A stretch of DNA of 64,000 nucleotides from Leucoraja ocellata (lineage: Eukaryota), in NCBI GenBank assembly GCA_036785375.1, contig JAWMAR010000423.1, forward strand, positions 310,001 to 374,000, given 5' to 3'. The notes beneath the pieces are model-generated. The model was not told the origin of the DNA. It did not search any database and was given only the letters and a program-made list of their open reading frames with translations. Position numbers and translations under genes: made by a program. Shown piece after piece: positions 12,201-24,200 of this stretch (position 1 is the stretch's first letter; each line of letters begins with the position of its first letter).

Positions 12201-15200
12201 TTGCAGGCCTTACAACATAGACCATTCGGCCCATCTAGTCCATGGCCGTGGAGGCCCACATGCTTGGTTGGCGCTGCGTTCAAAGGCCATTTAGCCATCT
12301 CTGTTGCTTTAACGCGTGCTAGGGCAGCAATGTCCACCATTCTCCAGTAATGCTGCTATATTGTCACCCTTCACCAGTGGCCGCTATCCAGTTCTCGTCA
12401 TGTCCCTCCACCAGACTGCAGTCACACCCTCGAGGACACTACCTGCTCTTCCACTGAGGTGCCGACCCAGGGATCCAGGGGATCGGCACCGACCCCCAGC
12501 ATCAGTTGATCAAATTCTTTCTGTGTTTCTGTTTTAGGCTGATGGAGAACTTGGGGCAGGAAGCTACTTGGCAATGAAACATGTGAGTTAGTTCAGGTAG
12601 AAGGAACGTCAACCACACTCACCCTGTTAGTACAGTGACCCCTGACCCCACAGTGACCCCTGACCCCACTCACCCTGTGAGTACAGTGACCCCTGACCCC
12701 ACTCACCCTGTGAGTACAGTGACCCCTGACCCCACTCACCCTGTGAGTACAGTGACCCCTGACCCCACTCACCTTGTGAGTACAGTGACCCCTGACCCCA
12801 CTCACCCTGTCTACAGTGTGACCCCTGACCTAACTCACAACCAGTACACAGAAACCCCCTGACCCTGCTCACGCTGTGTTGAACAAAAAACCCTTGCCCA
12901 CCCTCACTCTATGTACAGAGAGAGAGACCCCATTCCCTGCTGCCCCAATAAAGTGATCACGCTTACCCTGTGTACAGAGCGTCACTTGACCTATCAGACT
13001 CTGTGTTCAGTGATCCATGGCCATGAGTACAGAGAAATCTCTGTCCCTATGGAACCTGGGTCTAGAGTGACCACTGGAAACTCCGACCCTCTGTATGGTG
13101 CCGTGGTCTTGTGCCCTGTGACCCCTGACCCCACGACCTCATGTATAGACAGAACCCTGATCCCTGACCTGATGCCCAGTGATCCCTGACCCTACATAAG
13201 GGATAATGATGTCAGGTTGATGTTTATACCCCTCACACCCAGTGCAGGAAACCATTCCAGGCACCGTGGTCTGTTCAGATTTACATTGGGAGCGGACCTG
13301 GTGGGGTTATCTCTTTGTCTCTGTCTTTTAGGATAATGTAGAACGTGCAACAATGAGCAGGCTGGCAGACAAACAAGTGAGTTAGTTCCAGTAGTTTAGT
13401 TTAGTTTAGAGACACCGTGCGGAAACAGGCCCTTTGGCCCACCGAGTCAGCGCCGACCAGCGATTCCCGTACACTAGCACTATCCTATACACTAGGGACA
13501 ATTTACAGTTTCTACAGAAGCCAATTAACCTACAAACCTGTACATCTTTGGTGTGTGGGAGGAAACCGGAGCACCCGGGGAAAACCCACGCAGTCACTGG
13601 GAGAACGTCCAAACTCCGTACAGACAGCACCTGTAGCTTGGATCGAACCCGGGACCCTGGCGGTGTAATGTATAAACTCTACCGCCTCGCCCAGGCCGTA
13701 GAGGGAATGACAACCCCGCTCACCTGTGAATACTGTGACCCATGGACCCACTCACCATTTCTACAGGGTGACCCCTGGCCCCACTGTCCTAAACATAGTC
13801 ACCTGTCTCAACTCACTGTGCTCCCCCTTAACCTGACCCCACACACAGTGCGCAGACTGACCCTTGGCCCCACCTGCCATTCTTCTCATTTCCTTCACTG
13901 ACTGTGTGATGAAAGATCTTCCGGGCTCCTCTCCTCCACACACTTTTGTCTTGAATGGTTTATGATAATGGATGAATGATTTGATTCTATTTCTTTCCAA
14001 TTTTAGGGATTTTTAAACCGTACGCCTACAACAGCAGAACTTGACAAATCAGTGAGTTTGCCCTCTAGTGTAGTGACTGAGGCTTTCAGCTCATTAAGCA
14101 CCTTGACCCAAGTTCCTCTTGAGCTAGACCCTGTCTACAGTCCTCACCCACTGACCCCAATGTACGGTGTAACCCCTGACCCCATGTGCAGTGTGACCCT
14201 TGAATCTCCTGAACCATGTACGCAGTGTGACCCTTGAACCCAGTGATCCACGCACATAATCACTGAACCCACTAACCCTGTGTACAGAGCCGCCCCCCCC
14301 CACTGTATAGACTGGTACAGCGTGACTCCTGACCACTGCTACTGTACCTGCTGACCCCGAAACCTACTGACCTCGTGTAGACTGACCCCTCCCATGTACT
14401 GACCGGTACACTGTGAACCCTGATCCCATTGAACAGTATTACTTCATCCCCTGCACTGACCAATACACTGTGACCTCTCAATCTGCTGACCCCTGACTCT
14501 TGTATCAGCATGTACACTGTGACCCATGAACCTGTGGATACTGTTTTCATTGTAAGAGGAATTGGTTATTTAATCATTGTGTGTAGCCACTTTGTGGCGC
14601 CCCACCCTCCATGTGACGCATCTCCCTCCAGCTCCTTTTCCTGTTAATATGCCTTGATTATCAGCAACTTTATGTTTGACGTGAACATGCCTTCAGCTGC
14701 CATTTACAGGAGAGACATTCACACTTCCAACCTATTTTCACGTTCCCTGTTTCCCAGCAGGCTAGTTCTCTCCGTTAGACTGAGTCCTTTGTGCCTCATC
14801 TGCCCAATCATAAAAGTCACTCGTTTTCGATCTCACCTTGTTGTTCTGATTTATATCTGACAAACCGGGAAGGAATCCTCCAGATGCCAGGCTAAACTTG
14901 CCTGGTTTGTGGAGTCTGCATTAACCTCTGGGTGGAGGACACAGATACCATCAGGGCGTTCTGGCTTGGTGTGTGCCTCCGAGCTGCTCACACCTCTCCA
15001 GCTGGGTTTGCACGGGGACCATGTACACCCTTTGTACAGCCCGTTGCGGTCCAGCCCCTTGAATGGAAATTGTTGATTTAATTCTGATCTTTACCTAACT
15101 TTTTCCAAGGATCAAGACTATATAAAAAACTGGAAATGCTGGAGATACACAGTAGGTCAGATATAGAGAGAAAGTGTTAATCTTTCAGCTCAACGATCCT

Positions 15201-18200
15201 TTATCTGGACGTGGTTTGAGGATGCAGAGGGGTGACGGGAATGGAGGGGTAGGGCCGGAGAGACTGGGCAAGGTGATGCGTACCGGTCAGGCGGAGACAC
15301 TGAGCCAGGTCAACAAACCGAGGGTGGGCCTGGAGGAGGTATAAACGGGGGCGGGAGACATGTTTAGAAATGTTACGGATGCTGGAAATCGAATTGCAAG
15401 CGGTAGTGCTGCTGATCTGGTGGTTGACATCAGGTGTGGATTGCCCAGGTGTTCAGTGCCTTGCTAGGAGACAAGGTGCAATTCCTCACGGTTTCCTTGG
15501 AAGTGTGAAAGAGGCTGAGCACGAGATGGAAGTGAGAGGGCAGATTATTGTGATGGACAAATGAAAGTTCTGCCTGTTTTTCGTTCTCCACAGAGTTCAC
15601 CCTGCATTTAGTCTCCTTGGTGCAGAGGAGATTATATCTCGAGCAGCAAATACTATGAATCATAGAATCGTACAGCACAGGAACTGGCTTTAAGCTCACT
15701 TCATCTAAGCCGGCCTGTCGTGATGTCTATCTATTGCTATCCCCTGTGGTCTGAAGGCAGATGTTCCACAAAGCGGTTACCCAATGATTTTGGTTTCCCC
15801 AGTGTAGAGGAGACCATGCTGTGAACACTGAATGCACTCCACTAGATTGTAAGAAGTGCAAGTGAATGACTACTTCACCTGGATAAACTATTTGCGTCCC
15901 TGGATAGTGGGAAGAGTTGAAAAGACAAATGTGTCACCTGTGGGTGCAGGGAAATTGCTGTAAGAAACGGGGTGGTTGGTGAGAACGGAAACCAGGGAGC
16001 CATAGAGGGAACGTACAGAAAGGGAAGGAGAGAGGGAGATGTGTCTGGAGAGAGCGATCTGTTGGATGCATAGGCTGGTGGGGTGGGAGGTGAGGACCAG
16101 GGGAGCTCGATTCTTGTTCTGTTTCGTAGGAGAGTGTGAGAGCAGAGGCATGGGTAATAGATCAGATGCAGTCAAGATCTTTGTTAAGAGTGGTAAAGGG
16201 GAAACTGGTGTTCAGGAAGAAGGAAGACATTCCAGAGACACCAGTACAGAAAGTCTCTTCATCGGAGCAAACATGGCGGAGATGGAAGGGCTGGGAGAGT
16301 AGAACAGAGTCCTTGCAAAAGGCAGGACGAAGAGTAATCTAGAAAGCTGCAGTAGTCGATAGCCTTGCAATGAGTCTTAGTGGCACGTCTGAGATGGAGA
16401 TTGAGAGGTCTGGAAAGGAGAAGAAAAGAGTCAGTGATTGACCATGTGATGGTGAGGACAGGGTTGAATTGGCAGCCAAAGTGATGAAATATTCGAGTTT
16501 AACATGAGTGCAGGAAGCAGCACGAAGGTAGTCATGGATGCACTGCGAGAAAAGTTGAGGGAATGGGTTCAGATAGGACTGACACAAAGACTTTTCCTTA
16601 AAAAGTCAGCCATGGCTTGAGCTCATGTGAGTGCCCACAGCTGCACCAGTGGGTGGAGTTCAAGAATAAATTGTTCAATGTGAGGATGTTGGGCCGGGTG
16701 AATGCGTTTGTTGGGCTGGGGAATTGGTTGGGAAGTAGTGGAGGCTCAATGGACACTCGTGGTGTGGGATGGTGATGTAAAGAGACTGTATGTCCATGGT
16801 GAGGACCAGAGAATTGCAAACAGGCAGGGTGTTGGAGGGCAGTAGAGGTGTCACAGATGACATCAGACTTTTGTGGTGTTTGGTTGAGGCCGTACACATT
16901 GGACAGACAGCGTTCGTTGTTGCCTCGCCGGCGATTGTGTTGAGGATTTTGTGCTTCTGATTCACTGAGTTTTCCCAGGACGTCTATCATGCTCTCCTCG
17001 TCCTTTACAGTCAATAACACCACTGCATTCACCATCCCCACCATAGCCTTATGTCCACTCGCCGTGTCCATGCGTTCCTTGCCTAAGGCACCTTCCCTGC
17101 TCCACAACACCCTTCTTTGGATACCACCCAGTAACGTCACTCAGAGACGCGGAGTCCTATTGACACTGGCCCTGTGCACACCAGCACATACTGGGGTGTA
17201 TACCAACTGTGTACACAGGCGCGTGTGCACAGTGTCCCGCAGACTGCTGAGAAGCCTGAGTATGTGTGCCAAGTGGACAATGTGTTAGCCTCCCCTTCGC
17301 ACAGCAGTGTTCACCCAACTTTCACCTTAGGTATGGTGACACCAGAGCTCTAGACTGTAAGATCATTAACCTCTGACCCTCTCCACCCATCTCGTGTACA
17401 CTGACACTCTCCCCATTCTGACCCCATCCATCTGTGTATTCTGACCCTGTCCTCTCCTTTTCAGATTTGTTGACATTCTTTTTGTGTTTTAGGCCATGTA
17501 TAGAAATATGACAGTTCAAACTCCAGTGAAACGAGTGAGTGTGTCCTTTGTACAACAATGCAGTGGTCATTGTCACCATTGATTCTGTAGAGTATCAACC
17601 TATCTGCTTGGGTTTGTAACTGATTCCAAGGTACAGAGTAACACCTGACCCCCATTACAGAGCAGTCCCTGTCCCCACTGACTATGTGTTGTATAGTGAC
17701 CCCTGACCCCACTAACTGCAGTCACCTCTGACCCCATTGCCCCTATTTAGAGAGAAACCTCTTCCCCATGGACCCTGTGTACAGAGTGACCATTGAGATC
17801 ACTGATCCTTTGTATAGTCACAGCTGACCCCGGGCCTAGGCAGAACCCCCAATCTCACTGACCCTGTGACCAGTGACCCCTGTATAAAGGATGATGAAGG
17901 GTCTCAACCCGAAACACCACCTATTCCTTTTCTCCAGAGATGCTGCCCGACCCGTTGAATTACTCCAGATTTCTGTGCCGATCTAAGGGATGATGAGGTT
18001 GGGTGAAGTCGATACCCCTCACACCCAGTGTAGGGGATTATCCCAGGTACCGTGGTCAGTATGGATTTACATCGGGAGTGGACCTGCAGTTTCTTTTTGG
18101 GCTTATCTCTGTGTCTCTGTGTTTTAGGAAAATGTAGTACTTGAAGCATTGTCCAGACCGTCGCCGAAACAAGTGAGTTAGTTCAGGTAGAGGGTAGGAC

Positions 18201-21200
18201 AACCCTGCTCACCGTGTGAATACAGTGATCCCTGACCCCACTCGCCCCTGACCCCATGCACCGTGTTCAGGGTCTCCTTGACCCCACTGACCGGTCTGCA
18301 ATGACCCCTGACGCCACACCCTGTGGAGAGGGTCACCTCTGATCCACTGACCTGTGCACAAAGTGACCCCTGAATGTACTCGCACTTTGTACATTGACTG
18401 GCCGACCTACTACCTGTTGTGTACAGAGGGCCTCTGTTCCCTGACCCCCTTGTCCCTGTGTACGGGGTGACCGCACTCTCCCAGTGCACAACCAGACCCC
18501 TGTCCCTGCTATCTCTGGGGACAGAGACAGAGACCACCGTTCTCACTGACCCTATTTATTTGGAGACATTTCATCCCGATCAGCATGTCTGCTGAACTGT
18601 TTGAGCCTGTATGCAGAGGGTCCCCTTTCCCCTCTGACCCTGTGTAAAGAGGGAACACCGGGAGTCCCCAGTCACCTCTAACCTTGCCTCTGATGGGATT
18701 CATGTCCAAACCCAGGCATCGGGTGGGGCCTGTCCCCCGGGTTCGGTGCTGTTGTCACTCGGTGCCCCCGTGGTTCGTTTGCCGGTTTCCCGGTGTGAAC
18801 ACCAGCCCTGGGTCTGCTTCATCACAGCTGCAGATCACCGAGACCGACTCCCACCTCTGACGCCCTTCTGTGTGTTTGTGTTTTAGGCTTATGGTAGAAG
18901 TGTTACAGCTATGAAGCTTGCAGAGAAACAAGTGAGTTAGTACCCGCGTACATAGAGTAGCAGGAACCCACTGTGTAGACCGACTCTTGACCCCACTGAC
19001 CTTGAGGAAGGAGTGACCCATGACCCTACTGACCCTGTGCACATTTTGACCCTATGTACAGTTTGAACCTGTTGCCTTTGACCTTACTGTTAGAGTGGCT
19101 CCTGAACACGAGGTGATAATCCGATTTCTCTGACCCTTTGTTCAGTGACCCCTGACCTTGGGTATAGACATTACTGAGCCCTGTTCTCACTGACCCTATG
19201 TAAAGGATGACCTGTCCAGGTGAGACAGACGTTCATCTGCTCCTCCTGTAACCGCATCTACTCCATTCAATGCTATCGATGTGGCCTGCTCAACATTGGC
19301 GAGACTGTTTTGTCGAACACTTACAGTCTGTCCACAAAGGCCTGTTGGATCTCCCTGTTACCAACCATGTTAACTCCCCTTCCTACTTCCATATTGACTT
19401 TTCTGTCCTGTGCCTCCTTCATTACCAGAATGAGGACACAAGTGAACTGGAGGAAGTACACCTCATATTCTGCTTGGGTAACTTAAAACCCAACAACATG
19501 AACATTCAATTCTCAGATTTTAGGTAACCCTCCCCCCTAGCACCTCTGCTGACCATTCTAGGTTTTCTCTGCATACATTTCTTACCACTCCCTCTCCCCT
19601 GTCACCCCTGCCCCCACACTGACCCTGAGTACTGAGTGACACTTGAGCCACTCGCCCTGTGTACAGTGCGACCCCTGACCCTACCAACACTGTGCGCAGT
19701 GACCCCCCCCCGGCCCCACCAACATTCTATAGTTAACCCATTCACCCTGTGAGCAGTGACCCCTGACCTCCCTGAGGGCCCCCAGTCACCTCTAACCTTG
19801 CTGTGGATCAGAGATCCTATAGCGAACAAGATAGATCACTCGACGAAAAAGACGCAATACGGTCATGGGCAGATACATGGGAAATTTTAGGCCCCATTTC
19901 CGTATCCGGCTTCCGTCTCCGCACCAAAGATCCCATAGCGGAGCAAAGATAACTAGTGGGGAGATGGAAGCCGGTTACGGAAACATCCTCGTAAAAATAA
20001 AAGTTCTTTGGTAAAAATCTTCTTCTCATTTTCAGAATTTTAATTTACTAACACAACCTGTTCCACCGCAACATTGATTACACTGCGAGTCGGGTCGGGT
20101 TACGGAAATGGATGAAAAAAAGGCCCACGTTCCGCTCCGTTGCGTCAGCCCATTGCATTTAGCAGGAGTGATCTATCTTCCTCCGCTATAGGATTTTTGC
20201 CTTGGATGGGGTTCCTGTCCAAACCCAGGCATCGGGTGGGGCCTGTTCCCTGGGGACGGTACTGTCGTCACTCGGTGCCCCCATGGTCTGGTTGCCGGTT
20301 TCCCGGTGTGAACACCAGCCTTGGATCTGCTTCATCACAGCCGCAGATCACCGAGACCGACTCCCACCTCTGACATCCTGTGTGTTTGTGTTTTAGGATT
20401 ATGGTAGAAGTGTTGCAACTATGAAGCTTGCAGAGAAACAAGTGAGTTAGTAACCGCGTACAGAGAATAGCAGGAACCCACTGTGTAAACTGTTTCCTGA
20501 CCCCACTGACCTTGTGTAAGGAGTGACCCCTGACCCCAGTGACCCTGTGTACAGAATGAACACTGGCCACACCAGCCTTTGTGCAAAGGGACCTCTGATT
20601 CAGATTCAGATTCAGATTCAATTTAATTGTCATTGTCAGTGTACAGTACAGAGACAACGAAATGCATTATAGACAACGAAATGCATTTTGACCTGAACAC
20701 TTTGACCCCGTGTACAGTTCGACCCTGTTGCCTTTGACCTTACTGTTAGTGGCTCCTGAACACGAGGTGATAATCTAATTTCTCTGACCCTTTGTTCAGT
20801 GACCCCTGACCTTGTGTATAGACATTACTGAGCCCTGTCCTCACGGACCCTATGTAAAGGATGACCTGTCCAGGTGAGACAGACGTTCACCTGCTCCTCC
20901 TATAACCCCATCTACTCCATTCAATGATATCGATGTGGCCTGCTCAACATTGGCGAGACTGTTTTGTCGAACACTTACAGTCGGCCCACAAAGGCCTGCT
21001 GGATCTCCCTGTTACCAACCATGTTAACTCCCTTTCCTACTTCCATATTGACTTTTCTGTCCTGTGCCTCCTTCATTACCAGAGTGAGGACACGTGAACT
21101 GGAGGAAGTACACCTCATATTCTGCTTGGGTAACTTAAAACCCAACAACATGAACATTCAATTCTCAGATTTTAGGTAACCCTTCCCCCTAGCACCTCTG

Positions 21201-24200
21201 CTGACCATTCTAGGTTTTCTCTGCATACATTTCTTACCGCTCCCTCTCCCCTCTCACCCCTGCTCCCACACTGACCCTGAGTATTGAGTGACACTTGAGC
21301 CACTCACCCTGTGTACGGTGCGACCCCTGACCCTACCAACACTGTGTGCAGTGACCCCCCCCCGGCCCCACCTATATTCTATAGTAACTCCATTTACTCT
21401 GTGAGGAGAGTGACCCCTGACCTCCCTGAGAGCCCCCAGTCACCTCTAACCTTGCCTCGGATGACGCTCCTGTCCAAACCCAGGCATCGGGTGTGGGGCG
21501 GCCTGACATCCCCCCCCCCCTACAGCCAGCGCTGGTCCGTTTTCCGGTTCCCCGGTGTGAACACCCACCCTGGGTCTGCTTCATTACAGCCGCAGATCAC
21601 TGAGACCGACTCCCACCTCTGACGTCCTGTGTGTTTGTGTTTTAGGATTATGATGATAGACGTGTTACAGCTATGAAGATTGCAGGGAAACAAGTGAGTT
21701 AGTACCCCGCGTACAGAGAGTAGTAGAAGCTGTATAAAGTGCCCCTGAGCCCACTGAGCCTGTGTATGGAGTGAGTCCTAAGCCCACAGCCTACGTGTGC
21801 AGAATAGCCCTTGACCCAACTGACTGTATAACATGATCCCTGATCCTGCTGCCTCTGTTTTATAGTGACCTCTGACCCCACTCACACAGTGTTCGTATGA
21901 CCCCACTGACCCCACATTGACATGGTCATTTTGATTTAGAACTGCCTTACTCATTGCAGGCTGCTGTTGACGGGTTTATCACTATGTTTCTGTGTTTTAG
22001 GATAATTTAGGACGTGAGCCAATGACCCACCTGGTAGAGAGACCTGTGAGTTAGTTCAGGTAGAGGGGACGATAACCTCACTCAACCTGTGAACACAGTA
22101 CAGTGACCCCTGACCCCACGCACCCTATGAAATTGGTGACCCCTGACCCCACACCCTGTGAACACAGTGACCCCTGAACCCATTCATCCTGTGTATACAG
22201 TGACCCCTGATCCCACTCACCCTGTGAACAGTGACCCCTGACCCCACTTGCCTTATATACAGAGTGACCCTCGACCCCACTCGCACTCTTTACAGTGCCA
22301 CCCTTGACCTCACTCAATTGTATAGAGTGACCCCATGCATCTTGTGTGGTGTCCCCTGACCCCACTCACTTATCTATAGTCACTGCTGACGCCACTCCCC
22401 ATGTATACAGAGCCACCCTGACTCATTGTGTACAGAGTGATCATTGACCCCCACATACCATGTGAGGAGAGTCCTAACAGAGACCCCCCCCCCCCCCGTC
22501 AACTAACCTTGCCTTGGATTGGGTTCCTGCTTCATCGCAGCCGCAGATCCCACCTCTGACGTCCTGTGTGTTTGCGTTTTAGGATTACGATGATAGACGT
22601 GTTACAGCTATGAAGATTGCAGGGAAACAAGTGAGTTAGTACCCTGCGTACAGAGAGTAGGAGGAACCCACTGTGTACAGAGTAACTCCTGACCCCACTG
22701 CTCTTGAGCGCGGAGTGACCCTTGACCCCATGTACAGAGGGACCCTTGTCCTGACTGAACAGTCGTACAGCACTAGAAACAGGCCCTTTGGCCCACCACG
22801 GCCATGCCAATTATTGGACCCATCTATACTCATCCCATTTTTCTGCATTTGGACCTCAGTCTCCTCTGCCTGTGTGATGCAAGGACCTGTCTAGATGCTT
22901 CTTAAATGCTGTGATGTCTCTGCTCCCACCACTGCCTCAGGCAGCGCATTCCAGGTTCCAATCACACTCTTTGTAAAAGCATTCCCTTTCAGCCCTCTCT
23001 AAACCTCTCACTTTAAACCCATTCCCTCAAATCTACCATGGGGAAAAAGATTTTTGCTATCATTCCTATCTATTCCACTCCGCTCATAATTTTGTATACT
23101 TCTATCAGCTCATCCGTCAGACCCCAAAACTCCAGGGAAAGCAAATTCAGCCTATCCAGTTTATCCTTATAACTGAGGAATATATAATGGAGGCAAAACT
23201 TTTTTCGCCCAGGTTAGAAATATCAACAACCAGAAAGCATACCTGTAAGGTGCAGGGGGCAATGTTTAAAGAAGGTGCAGGGAATGTTTTTTACACAGAG
23301 GGTAGTGGGTGCCTGGAACGCGCTGCCAGGCCTGGTAGTGGAGGCACATACGGTTGTGGCTTTTAAGAGGCAATGACTGGAGGATTATGGATTATGTGCA
23401 GGCAAATCTTGGAATCATGTTCTGCACAGACATCCTGGACCAATGAGCTTGTTCCTGTTCTGTACTGTTCTATGAAATGCTCCAAACCATTCAATATCTC
23501 AAATTGTCTAAGCATGTTCCCCAGTGTAATCAGTCCTGTCCTATCGTGTGGTGACCAGACCTGTTCGCAATATTCGAGGTGAGGCCTAACCAGTGTTTTA
23601 TAAAGCTGTAACACCATGTCCCTGCTCTTATATTCTCTGGCCTGAACAATGAAGACAAGCATCAAAGATGCCTTCTTCACCACCCTCTCCACTTGGGCTG
23701 CCAGTTCCAGGGATCAGTGGGCCTCTACCGAAAGGTCCCTCTGTTCATCAACACTCTAGAGCTCTGCCGTTTACTGTGTCCACCTTAGTCTCAGACAACC
23801 CACCTCCCTCTCCACAAAAACACCAAGTCACCCATTGACCCCATGAGCTGACTGACCCTGATCCAAGTGAATCTGTGAACAGAGTGACCCCCCCCCCCCC
23901 CCCCCCCCCCATAACGCACATACAGATAGACCCCTGACAAAGACCCTGTGTACAGACTGACCCTTCACACCCAGTGCAGGGAACCATCCCAGGCACCGCG
24001 GGCAGCTCAGATTTACATCGGGTGCAGACCTGCAGATTGTTGATGGGTTTATCGCTGTGTTTTAGGATAATTTAGGACGTGAGCCAATGACCCACTCGGC
24101 AGAGAGACATGCGAGTTAGTTCAGGCAATGGGAATAACAACCCCACTCACCCTGTGAACACGGTGACCTCTGACCCCACTCATCCCGTGAACACAGTGAC

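Noticed and set aside
12593-12872. Repeat-protein ORFs ([33 protein letters not shown]) here and near 22078, 24109, 26581 and 32000
   Set aside because: Translations of a 33-bp minisatellite open in several frames on both strands, with no splice context.
13600-13692. tRNA gene (also near 54630-54700)
   Set aside because: tRNA-like A/B boxes are SINE heads fused to a SINE core and simple-repeat tail.
15110-15151. Possible extra 42-nt phase-0 exon [14 protein letters not shown]
   Set aside because: Its 3' half and donor belong to the PLE terminal-repeat family (aaatgctggag..ggtcag) and it lacks array-like flanks.
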